Below, in pieces: positions 1-7,848 of a stretch of 19,524 nt of DNA. Source of the DNA: an uncultured Pseudomonadota bacterium (GTDB taxonomy: Bacteria; SAR324; NAC60-12). Location of the stretch: the NCBI GenBank assembly GCA_913020725.1, contig CAJWCD010000067.1:1-19524 (forward strand), read 5' to 3'. The notes under the pieces were generated by a model that made no database searches, had not been told where the DNA came from, and saw nothing but the letters and a program-made list of their open reading frames with translations. Every line of letters starts with the position of its first letter. Within the stretch, counting starts at the first letter, position 1. The translations under genes and the position numbers were made by a program.

Positions 1-66
1 CCCCAGAAATCGACTAATTTATCACCTCAGAGGACTTCTTGCGAGACCATCAACTGTGACTTCTCG

Positions 67-94
67 TTGAGCGCAACGCGGAATTCTTTACAAT
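67..94 (+). promoter_or_regulatory. Putative sigma70 promoter upstream of the ribD-like gene
   Basis: TTGAGC (67-72), 16-nt spacer, TACAAT (89-94); about 130 nt upstream of ATG 225. Confidence 0.35.
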
Positions 95-224
95 GAAAAG
101 AGCACAACGACTTCACGGTCTGCTTGTGTTCGTGCCTTTTTCTATTCTCAAACATTTCTGCGGATTTGCCAACCCGCAAATCCACATCGGAAAGCAACGG
201 CGAGCGTACCACAAAAAACAGAGG

Positions 225-689
225 ATGCCAGCAACTGAGGAAGATTTACGCCACATGCGCCGTGCGCTGGAACTCGCGGAGCAGGCGCACGGTCGGACAG
301 GTGACAATCCGTGGGTGGGGTGTGTGATCGTCAAGGACGGTAAAATGCTGGGCGAAGGCTACACGCACCCTCCCGGACAGGACCACGCTGAGGCGGCAGC
401 ACTCCGGGAGGCCGAGGCTTGTAACCACGAGCTTCGGGGCGCAACGCTCTACTGCACACTCGAACCCTGCTCGTTTCACGGACGCACCCCCTCCTGCGCG
501 CAACTGCTCGTCCGCAAGGGCATCGCCCGTGTGCTCGTCGCTCTGCGTGATCCACACCCCAAGGTCAACGGGGCTGGACTCGAAATCCTGCGCGATGGTG
601 GTGTTGCCGTCGAGGAAGGCTTGCTCGCAGAGGATGTCGCCCGCCAGCTTCAGCCGTGGCTGACAAGGCCCCTCGATTCACACGGTTAG
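225..689 (+). CDS. ribD: Riboflavin biosynthesis pyrimidine deaminase (RibD deaminase domain only, 154 aa)
   Basis: MRRALELA, NPWVGCVIV, HAE and TLEPCSFHGRTPSC zinc-deaminase motifs, plus DPHPKVNGAG. Homology begins near ATG 225; no reductase domain before TAG. Confidence 0.88.
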   Translation: MPATEEDLRHMRRALELAEQAHGRTGDNPWVGCVIVKDGKMLGEGYTHPPGQDHAEAAALREAEACNHELRGATLYCTLEPCSFHGRTPSCAQLLVRKGIARVLVALRDPHPKVNGAGLEILRDGGVAVEEGLLAEDVARQLQPWLTRPLDSHG

Positions 690-746
690 ATTTGTTGGGA
701 TGCTCAAAAAAACGGAAAGGACTTCAGAGGGCAAGAAACAGGTCTG

Positions 747-3059
747 TTAGGACAACCAGCGCACGGCTTCAAAGTCTAGGGTGCGCTGGAGGACATCGGC
801 CCGTAGCAGTCGCAGTTGCAGGCGGTCGCCGACCTGCACGAGTCGTTGTCGGCGTCGTCCGAGCAGGGTGAGGGTTTCTTCGTCAAAGGAATACCAGTCG
901 TCCGTGAGTGCTTCCAGCGGCAAGAACCACCCCAAATTGTGGGGATCAAGTTGCACTTTCAGTCCTGCGTTAGACACGGCTCGGATGGTTGCAGTGAAGC
1001 CTTCGCCGAGGAAGCGTTCCAGAAACGAAACCTTCAGCAAGTCGGTGCTTTGCAATTCGGCTTTTTCGGCCTTGCGCTCCTGTTGCGAACACTGCTCCGC
1101 GAGTTCCGGCAGAACTTCCGGGCGAGGCACTTGCAACTGCTTCCGTGCTTTGAGATCCAACCCCTGCAGCCGTTGCTGGGCAAGCCAGTGCTTGAGGCCA
1201 CGGTGGACACAGAGGTCCGGATAGCGGCGGATTGGTGAGGTGAAGTGCGCGTAAAATTCGGCGGCGAGTCCGAAGTGTCCAAGGTTCTCGGTGCGGTACA
1301 CCGCCAGTGCCATGCAGCGCAAGAGCAGCACCTGCAACTGCTCTCGATTGGGGAGTTCCCGGATTTGCTCGCAGACCTCGTTGAAGCCGCTCGGCTTTTG
1401 CAACCGCGCCATTGGCGTCGTCACCCCAAAGCGCCAGAACACCTGCTGGAGTTTTTTGAGTTTCAGGGGATCCGGAAGTTCGTGGACGCGATAGAGTGCT
1501 GGAAGTTTGTGACGCACACAGTGCCGTGCCACCGTTTCATTCGCTTCCAGCATGAACTGCTCGATGAGTCGCATTGCAGAGTTCTGCTCACGATAGCTCA
1601 CTCCGGTCATGCGGTTCTCCTCGTCCAACTCAATGGTCTCCTCCGCAAAGCTGAACTGGATCGCCCCACGCTCGCCCCGCTTGCGTTCCAGCAATTGCGA
1701 AAGCTTGTGCATGAGTCGCAGGCTCTCCTGAAGCTCTGGACTCCGGATCGGCGAGGGGCGGCCTTGCAGCAATTCCTCCACGTCGTCATAAACAAGCCGC
1801 GCCCGGCTGCGGATCAATCCCTCACAAATCGTGTAGTCCGCAACCTCGCCCTCCGGAGTGATCTCCAGCGAGCACGCCAGCACGAGTCGGTTCACCCCCG
1901 GACGCAGGCTGCACAACTCATTGGAAAGTGCTTCCGGAAGCATCGGCACTGCGTGGGTTGGAAAATACACGCTGGTTGCTCGCTCCACCGCCTCGGCGTC
2001 CACGGGGTCTCCGGGCTGGACGTAATGGGCCACGTCCGCGATGGCGACATGCAAACGATAACGGCCTCCGTCACGTTGCTCCACTGCTACCGCATCATCA
2101 AAATCGCGGGCCGTGCGTCCGTCAATGGTGACGAACGGCAGGTCGCGGAGGTCGGTACGTCCGGACTGTGGATCAAAGACGATGCGCGTGGAAAACTGTT
2201 CGGCATAGGCCAAGGCTGCTTCCGGGTACTCGGTGCGCACCTGATTTTCCTGGATGATGCGCTCAAAGGCGAGTTCGTGGAGGTTGACCTCCGCCAAACT
2301 ACGCACGATACGGCCTTGCGGAAACCGCCCCGTGCCTGATTCCGTTTCAAGCAGTTCCACCTCAACAAGCGTACCGTCCGGAATCTCCAAATCATCGTAC
2401 TCCCGTGGAATGCGTAGTTTCGCAAGACCGGAGTTCGTGTTGACCGGAATCGCCACAACCGCAGATTTTTTGCGCTCCAGCCGGGCCAACAGCGTCGAGT
2501 TGGCGCGTTTGAGAATGCGCACGATTATGCCCTTACGCCTTCCCCGGAAGCCCCGCCGACGCAGCAATTCCACCTCCACGGTGTCGCCGTCCATCGCACC
2601 GTTCTGCTCGTCCTCACCGATGAAGAGGTCTGGCTCGCCATCGCCAACCATCACGAATCCGAAACCCCGGCGGTTACGGTCGAAGCGTCCTTGCAGGCTA
2701 CGGGCGGGCTTTCGGTTTTCGGTTCTCGGCTCTCGGTTCTCGGCTGTCGGTTCTCGGCTGTCGGTTTTTGACTGTCGGTTCTCGGTCTGCGAAAAATCAC
2801 CTCGGCTGCGTCTCCCCCCTTTGGCAAAGGGGGGTTGGGGGGGATTTTGACCATCGGAAGCATGTTCCAACAACCGTGTACTGCCGAAACGCACCCCCTG
2901 CTGGACCAGTGCTCCCTTCTCGACTTGCTTGCGCAGCCATGCCTTGAGCTTGGGGCTTTGTGATTTTTTGAGGCCAAGCAGCCCTCGGAGTTGTTTTGCG
3001 GTGAGCAGAGTGCCCTGCGCTTCCATCAACCGCAGAACTGCGCCCTTGTTGAGTTTCAT
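747..3059 (-). CDS. rnr: Ribonuclease R
   Basis: N-terminal HTH-like segment, cold-shock domain (RGFGFV), RNB catalytic motif TIDGRTARDFDDA, HFTSPIRRYPDL, C-terminal S1-like domain. Confidence 0.95.
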   Translation of the reverse strand: MKLNKGAVLRLMEAQGTLLTAKQLRGLLGLKKSQSPKLKAWLRKQVEKGALVQQGVRFGSTRLLEHASDGQNPPQPPFAKGGRRSRGDFSQTENRQSKTDSREPTAENREPRTENRKPARSLQGRFDRNRRGFGFVMVGDGEPDLFIGEDEQNGAMDGDTVEVELLRRRGFRGRRKGIIVRILKRANSTLLARLERKKSAVVAIPVNTNSGLAKLRIPREYDDLEIPDGTLVEVELLETESGTGRFPQGRIVRSLAEVNLHELAFERIIQENQVRTEYPEAALAYAEQFSTRIVFDPQSGRTDLRDLPFVTIDGRTARDFDDAVAVEQRDGGRYRLHVAIADVAHYVQPGDPVDAEAVERATSVYFPTHAVPMLPEALSNELCSLRPGVNRLVLACSLEITPEGEVADYTICEGLIRSRARLVYDDVEELLQGRPSPIRSPELQESLRLMHKLSQLLERKRGERGAIQFSFAEETIELDEENRMTGVSYREQNSAMRLIEQFMLEANETVARHCVRHKLPALYRVHELPDPLKLKKLQQVFWRFGVTTPMARLQKPSGFNEVCEQIRELPNREQLQVLLLRCMALAVYRTENLGHFGLAAEFYAHFTSPIRRYPDLCVHRGLKHWLAQQRLQGLDLKARKQLQVPRPEVLPELAEQCSQQERKAEKAELQSTDLLKVSFLERFLGEGFTATIRAVSNAGLKVQLDPHNLGWFLPLEALTDDWYSFDEETLTLLGRRRQRLVQVGDRLQLRLLRADVLQRTLDFEAVRWLS
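2712..2788. repeat. 11 tandem degenerate heptamers (consensus TCGGYTS) inside rnr
   Basis: TCGGTTT TCGGTTC TCGGCTC TCGGTTC TCGGCTG TCGGTTC TCGGCTG TCGGTTT TTGACTG TCGGTTC TCGGTCT; read on minus as TENRQSKTDSREPTAENREPRTENRK. Confidence 0.9.
2814..2845. repeat. Small palindromic REP/SDR-like element inside rnr
   Basis: CCCCCCTTT-GGC-AAAGGGGGG (9-bp stem) followed by TTGGGGGGGAT; translated as PPQPPFAKGG. Confidence 0.75.
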
Positions 3060-3129
3060 GAAAGGTGTTTAGGGGGTGAGGCTGTAGCGGTTAAAGTTGT
3101 AGCGTGAGGTCATTACCGAACTCCCAGAA

Positions 3130-4479
3130 TCACACCCGCCCCTCTTGGCGGAGTTTGGCGAGGTGCGATTCGATGTTGCGCATCGCGTAGGGCAGCAGGC
3201 GTTCGTCCACCCCCTTGTACACGGTTTCCAAAATCGCCGGATTGAGGAGTCCGGACTGGTGCAGTTCAAGGATGCGCGACTCGCGCTCGCGGCGGTGCTG
3301 AAGCGTGGCGGACAAGCGATGAACACTGCGCATCGGAATACCGTGGGAGGGGAGGATTACAGCCGGATTGAGGTCAATCACACGCTCTAGAGTGCGGAAA
3401 TATTTGGCCATGTCGCCTTCCGGAGCAGAGATGACCACCGTACCGACGCCTTGAATGAGGTCGCCCACGATGAACCAGCGCAACGATTCGGGGGCGAGCG
3501 CAAGCTGTCCTTCGTCGTGTCCCGGAACCGCGTAAACGCGCACATCTTCCCCGTGCCAGCGTGTCATCACCTCGCCTTCGCCGACCAAGCGCACCTCGAT
3601 GCCATCAAAGTAATCGGACCCATGCTTGGCCCGGATGCGCCCGTGGCTGTCTTCACTGATGCAGACCGGAAGTCCAAGTTTGCGGGCCAACACGTTGGCA
3701 AACTGATGGTGATCCGGATGATGATGCGTGAGAAACACAAACTCCGGCGGGTCCGCTTCCAGCGTCTTCAGCACTCGTGTCAATTCGGCTTCGGATTCCG
3801 GAGACGGGTCCAGCAGCAGTTGCGGCGCGCCGTCATCTCCAATCCGGAAAGCATTGGTGCGGCTGGCAGGCGGGAGAGTTTGGGAAGGGACATACAGGGT
3901 ACGGAGACCGTGCAACACCTCCATACATGGCACCTCACGGTCGTAGTCGAACTTGGGCGAAAGGTCGCCAAGGTGGCCGCAGTCCATGTTGTCCGCCAGC
4001 CCTTCCAGTACCCAGCGGGTGGGAGGCACCATCAGAGCATCCCCCGCCCGAAATTGTTCAAGCAACTCGTTGGGTGTGTTCCACATCAACTTGGTGATCT
4101 CCCCGGAATCGGGAGTCAGGTGCGGCTTGTTGGTCAAGTCAATGCGGTAGAACTGGGAGCGGAAACGCACAAAGTCAAACGGTGGAGCCAACGCCAACGC
4201 CAACGGCTGCACCCGCAGTACCGTGCCGTTGCGCAACCCGGCAATGAGGTCAAAGCAAAGTTCCTCCTGCAACTCCCGGCAGAGCGCGTTGAGCTGTTGC
4301 GGTTCCAACCCCTCCAGCCCGGGAGCGTCCGGAAGCGTGTCCGCGTCCGTGCGGTCCACCTTGCCTCCAGGAAAGGAGTGGTACCCCGGAAAGGCACGCA
4401 GGTGCGGCTGGCGCACGATTGCGCAAATTTGATCGTTGACCCGCAAAACAGCGGTGGCGGCATCACGGATTTTGGACAT
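3130..4479 (-). CDS. Nudix hydrolase fused to a LACTB2-like metallo-beta-lactamase-fold hydrolase
   Basis: N-terminal FPGGKVD...RELQEE Nudix box; C-terminal THHHPDH, PGH, GD and PSHG MBL motifs; tail ESHLAKLRQEGRV typical of the LACTB2-like winged-helix end. Confidence 0.88.
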   Translation of the reverse strand: MSKIRDAATAVLRVNDQICAIVRQPHLRAFPGYHSFPGGKVDRTDADTLPDAPGLEGLEPQQLNALCRELQEELCFDLIAGLRNGTVLRVQPLALALAPPFDFVRFRSQFYRIDLTNKPHLTPDSGEITKLMWNTPNELLEQFRAGDALMVPPTRWVLEGLADNMDCGHLGDLSPKFDYDREVPCMEVLHGLRTLYVPSQTLPPASRTNAFRIGDDGAPQLLLDPSPESEAELTRVLKTLEADPPEFVFLTHHHPDHHQFANVLARKLGLPVCISEDSHGRIRAKHGSDYFDGIEVRLVGEGEVMTRWHGEDVRVYAVPGHDEGQLALAPESLRWFIVGDLIQGVGTVVISAPEGDMAKYFRTLERVIDLNPAVILPSHGIPMRSVHRLSATLQHRRERESRILELHQSGLLNPAILETVYKGVDERLLPYAMRNIESHLAKLRQEGRV

Positions 4480-4500
4480 TGGGTTTGGCTTGGTACAAGA

Positions 4501-4520
4501 AGGAGTCAGGAGTCAGGAGT
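4501..4520. repeat. Heptamer array (AGGAGTC)x~3, left arm of inverted repeat
   Basis: AGGAGTC AGGAGTC AGGAGT; overlaps the stop codon of the four-helix-bundle gene. Confidence 0.85.
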
Positions 4521-4881
4521 GGGCACGACGGATAGATTGGGAGTACGATTCCAATAGTCTGCTGACTTCTTCAAGTTTGGTCATCCCTTCCTCCGAGCTT
4601 CCATAGGTCAAATCCTCTGCAAGAATCAGATAGTAACGAGACTCTTCGAGAGAGCCTTGTGCAATGTTGAGAAAACGGAGTTTATCCGCATGGCCTCGCT
4701 TCTTGAAACCTTCCGCAATGTTTGCCGGAACCGAAACCGCCGCTCGCCGGAGTTGAGAGGTCAGAAAATACCGTTCCTGTTTGGGAAAATCTTCGCTGTA
4801 GCGATAAACTCACAACACCCATTGATGCGCTTTTTGCCAGACGATCAAGTCCCGAAATATCTTCGCTGGTTCTCGGTGCAT
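4513..4881 (-). pseudogene. Four-helix-bundle protein (23S rRNA IVP/Avd-like family) with in-frame TGA at codon 24
   Basis: Manual translation: MHREPAKIFRDLIVWQKAHQWVL*VYRYSEDFPKQERYFLTSQLRRAAVSVPANIAEGFKKRGHADKLRFLNIAQGSLEESRYYLILAEDLTYGSSEEGMTKLEEVSRLLESYSQSIRRAHS*. FRDLIVWQKA and SQLRRAAVSVPANIAEG are family hallmarks. Not in the ORF track. Confidence 0.9.
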
Positions 4882-4905
4882 TCTGACTTCTGGCTCCTGA
4901 CTCCT
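4882..4905. repeat. Heptamer array, right arm of inverted repeat
   Basis: Reverse complement is AGGAGTC AGGAGCC AGAAGTC AGA, matching 4501-4520 at 18/20. Fills the whole gap between the DUF192 stop and the four-helix-bundle ATG. Confidence 0.85.
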
Positions 4906-5355
4906 TTAAAACTGATAGCGCAACGACTGCCCCGTTTCCAGTCCCAACGCCTCAGCCTGTCCGGCAGCGAGTTCAAGGACCAAGTTTGCGGAAACCGGGG
5001 GCGCGAGCGTTTCAGGTTTTTTACCGGATACGGGCGGCAGAACGTTATGGGCGATGTGGACGATGCGGTGGTTCCGGAGCCAGAGGATGTCAATGGCAAA
5101 GTGCATGTCTTTCATCCAGAACGGGTGGCTCCCGGTTTTCTTGAAAACAAAGAGCATGCCCCAGCCTGCACGCAAGCCGCCGCGCTTGCCCAAGCCAAGT
5201 GTGCGCTTGGCGGGTGTGTCCGAGATTTCCACAGGAATGGTGGTTCCGGACGGCAGTGTGACCGTGCCGTGTTGGTAGGTCGGTTCGGCTTGAATCGTCG
5301 TGCAGCCACCGAGTAGAACTCCTAGCGCCACAATTAAAAAACACGAACGGTTCAT
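4906..5355 (-). CDS. DUF192-family lipoprotein
   Basis: Signal peptide with lipobox LGGC; VEISDTPAKRTLGL, GMLFVF, FWMKDMHFAIDILW and VLELAAG are DUF192 motifs; ATGA overlap with def. Confidence 0.88.
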   Translation of the reverse strand: MNRSCFLIVALGVLLGGCTTIQAEPTYQHGTVTLPSGTTIPVEISDTPAKRTLGLGKRGGLRAGWGMLFVFKKTGSHPFWMKDMHFAIDILWLRNHRIVHIAHNVLPPVSGKKPETLAPPVSANLVLELAAGQAEALGLETGQSLRYQF

Positions 5356-5870
5356 GCGGACAGCCGCGCCTGCTTGGCCAGCCGTCGCTTCACCATCTTC
5401 TGTTTGAGCGGAGGGAGGTGATCAATGAAGAGAACACCCCGCAGGTGATCCAGTTCGTGCTGAATGCAGATCGCCATCAAACCTTCCACCGCCAGAGTGT
5501 GCGGCTGTCCTACCACATCCTGATACTCCAGCGTGATGCGTTCGGCGCGTTTCACCTCCGCCCGGAATTCCTCCACACTCAGGCAGCCTTCTTCTGAAAT
5601 CGTTTCTCCGGATTGCTCGATGATGTTGGGATTAACAAAAATGTGGGGGTCGCGCTCTGATTCGTCCTCCGCACCGCTCTTAATATCTATGACGACGAGC
5701 CATTTGAGGATTGCCACCTGATTCGCCGCAAGGCCGATGCCGGCGGAAGCGTACATCGTCTCCAGCATATTCTCGGCGGTCTTGCGCAAAGCTGCGTCAA
5801 ACACCTCAACGGGTTTGGCGACTTGCTTGAGGATCGGGTCTGGAAAAGTGCGGACTTGCAGAAGAGCCAT
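5352..5870 (-). CDS. def: Peptide deformylase
   Basis: All three motifs present: GIGLAANQV, EGCLS, QHELDH. Confidence 0.96.
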   Translation of the reverse strand: MALLQVRTFPDPILKQVAKPVEVFDAALRKTAENMLETMYASAGIGLAANQVAILKWLVVIDIKSGAEDESERDPHIFVNPNIIEQSGETISEEGCLSVEEFRAEVKRAERITLEYQDVVGQPHTLAVEGLMAICIQHELDHLRGVLFIDHLPPLKQKMVKRRLAKQARLSA

Positions 5871-6065
5871 AATGCATATTCAGTTGCCTTATTGTAACGG
5901 CTTTTCAGGAAAAGTTGCAACTTCTGAGAAGATGAAGGGGTTTATTACTTGACTTCTGACTCACCGAGGCGTAGATATCAACCAAGTCTCACTGGTGTAG
6001 TCCTCAACGGGAGGACAGTAATCTGCTGAGAGTGTATCCCTTTTTTCCTAATCTAAGGAGGCCCA

Positions 6066-6398
6066 ATGGCTCTTTATATGTTTCAGGCATCGTACACGGA
6101 TGCCTCGATCAAGGCCATGATTGCGAACAAGGACAACCGCAAGGAAGCCGCGGGCAAAGCAATTGCTGCCGGCGGTGGCAAAATGCTGTCACTGTATTTC
6201 TGCTTTGGCGATTACGACATTATTGCAATCGCCGAGATGCCAGACAATACATCCATGGCAGGTGCTTCGCTTGGAATCAGCTCAACCGGAGCCTTTACCA
6301 GCGTTAAATCCACCGTGTTGTTGTCTCCAGAGGAGATGAGCGAATCGCTTGAAAAAGCAGAAGCGTTTTTGCCCAGCTACCGTCCTGCGACGGGCTGA
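6066..6398 (+). CDS. GYD-domain protein
   Basis: RBS AAGGAGG; Y-T start segment, AGGK..SLYFCFGDYD, terminal T.LLSPEE pattern. Confidence 0.85.
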   Translation: MALYMFQASYTDASIKAMIANKDNRKEAAGKAIAAGGGKMLSLYFCFGDYDIIAIAEMPDNTSMAGASLGISSTGAFTSVKSTVLLSPEEMSESLEKAEAFLPSYRPATG

Positions 6399-6417
6399 GG
6401 TTCCGCCTCGCAAGCTT

Positions 6418-6450
6418 GCCGGACTCTCCAGAGTCCGGCTCTTCCTTCTT
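6418..6450 (+). terminator. Probable intrinsic terminator after the GYD gene
   Basis: GCCGGACTC-TCCA-GAGTCCGGC perfect 9-bp stem followed by pyrimidine run TCTTCCTTCTT. Confidence 0.6.
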
Positions 6451-6604
6451 CCGCTCTCCATTTTGTACGCCCCTTGCAGAGAGAATCCCGTTATTGCCGG
6501 GACGGGGTTTGATTTTGCCCCGGCACCTGCGCTAGACTTCAGAAGCCTCACGGACGGGGCGCACATCCCACGATGGACGTTCCGGAAGGGACACCGGAAA
6601 ACGC

Positions 6605-7378
6605 ATGGCCACAGTCATTTCATTCTCCAGCCAAAAGGGCGGGGTCGGCAAAACCACCTCGGCCATCCATCTCGCCACCGCCTTTGCGCTCGGCGGTTAC
6701 AAGACGCTGCTGGTGGACCTTGACCCACAGGGTTCCGTACAGTCCGCGCTCGGCATCCGGGAACGCCCCGCTCAGGGCACACGGGAGTTGTTCTGCGACC
6801 CCAATTTTGAGTTCGACGCCGTGCGCGTTGGTAGCGAACACAAGAATCTCGACTACATCCTCTCCAACATGATCCGCCTCACGGAGGAGCAAGAGGTGGT
6901 GCGTGTGGCTGCAGACTACCACTTCCTGCGCGAGCGCGTGGAGGAACACCTGGATGAGCGTTACGATTTTGTGCTGATCGACGTGCCGCCCGCGACCAAC
7001 CCGGTTTCAATCAACGCGATGATCGCTTCAGACTTAGTGATGGTGCCGCTCCAGTGCGAGGCGCTGGCGATCAAGTCCCTTAAGCGTTTCCTGCTCGCCT
7101 TCCGGGATTTGCAGAACAACATCGACCCCAATCTGCGCATCGCCGGGGTGCTGCTGACGATGTTCAACCGCAACATCCGGGCGCACCAGCAGGTTTGCAA
7201 GCAAGTCTACCAGGCGCTGGGAGAGTCGGTGTTCCAGACCATCATTCCGGAATGTTCGTATATTTTGGAAGCGAGTGCGATTGGGATGGACGTGATCAAA
7301 CGTCGCCTGAACTCGGTGGGGGCGACCGGCTACATCCGGCTCGCCAATGAGGTGCTGGACCGCTTCGAGCTGCGCTAA
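6605..7378 (+). CDS. parA: ParA/Soj-family ATPase (orphan)
   Basis: Deviant Walker A QKGGVGKTT, VDLDPQG, YDFVLIDVPP, VPLQCE, GVLLTMF. Confidence 0.9.
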   Translation: MATVISFSSQKGGVGKTTSAIHLATAFALGGYKTLLVDLDPQGSVQSALGIRERPAQGTRELFCDPNFEFDAVRVGSEHKNLDYILSNMIRLTEEQEVVRVAADYHFLRERVEEHLDERYDFVLIDVPPATNPVSINAMIASDLVMVPLQCEALAIKSLKRFLLAFRDLQNNIDPNLRIAGVLLTMFNRNIRAHQQVCKQVYQALGESVFQTIIPECSYILEASAIGMDVIKRRLNSVGATGYIRLANEVLDRFELR

Positions 7379-7848
7379 AGCAGACCGAGTTGCCGCAAGG
7401 CTTTGCGGTAGGCTTTGCGTTTGAAGGGCACCACCTGCCGCAGTCCCTCGCGTGGACGCATCCACCTCCACGCATCAAACTCCGGAGTGTCGTGCTGCTG
7501 GAAATCCAGTTTGTCCGTCCCGCATTCCAGCTTCACCAGAAACCAACGCTGCTGCTGTCCGCGAAAGGAGCGCCACTTTTTGCGGGACTTCAGTTGTTTG
7601 CGAATTCCTCTGGGGTAGTGGTAGCGAATGCGGCGGGCGGGCGCTTTGAGGATCGTCACCGCGTCTGTGCCGATTTCCTCGCGCAATTCTCGGTGAAGTG
7701 CCACCTCTTCCGATTCTCCGGGATCAACGCCCCCCTGTGGAAACTGCCACGCCTGATAGGAATGCCCCGCTCGCCGGAACATGAGGACGCAGCGGCTACG
7801 CGCATCCCAAATCACTGCTGCCACATTGGCGCGAAAGGCTTGGCTCAC
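7375..7848 (-). CDS. rppH: RNA pyrophosphohydrolase (RppH-like Nudix)
   Basis: FRANV, WQFPQGGVDPGESEEVALHRELREEIG, GQQQRWF, PEFDAWRW, VVPFKRKAY. GTG start at 7848 overlaps the upstream TGA; stop overlaps the convergent parA stop. Confidence 0.9.
   Translation of the reverse strand: MSQAFRANVAAVIWDARSRCVLMFRRAGHSYQAWQFPQGGVDPGESEEVALHRELREEIGTDAVTILKAPARRIRYHYPRGIRKQLKSRKKWRSFRGQQQRWFLVKLECGTDKLDFQQHDTPEFDAWRWMRPREGLRQVVPFKRKAYRKALRQLGLL

Noticed and set aside
95..224. FMN riboswitch or N-terminal extension of ribD
   Set aside because: No RFN consensus; the extension from ATG 93 has no RibD character and overlaps the putative promoter.
3066..3110. Further heptamer array upstream of rnr
   Set aside because: TGTAGCG and GTGAGG each recur, but the register is broken; too degenerate to call.
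1245..4557. Long antisense ORFs (1245-2339, 3451-4557; likewise 7851-8798)
   Set aside because: They lie opposite better-supported genes; typical high-GC shadow frames.
4790..4812. Selenocysteine recoding of the internal TGA
   Set aside because: The small downstream hairpin (TCGC-TACA-GCGA) lacks SECIS features, and the position is not a Cys site in this family as I recall it.
4513..4881. Diversity-generating retroelement (Avd-like gene)
   Set aside because: No reverse transcriptase and no TR/VR pair with adenine-specific mismatches seen in the window.
5985..6060. TPP-like riboswitch upstream of the GYD gene (CTGAGA...ATCCC)
   Set aside because: The conserved CCTGAT...TAATGCC...GCGTAGG half is missing; only a small GTCCTC/GAGGAC hairpin is supported.
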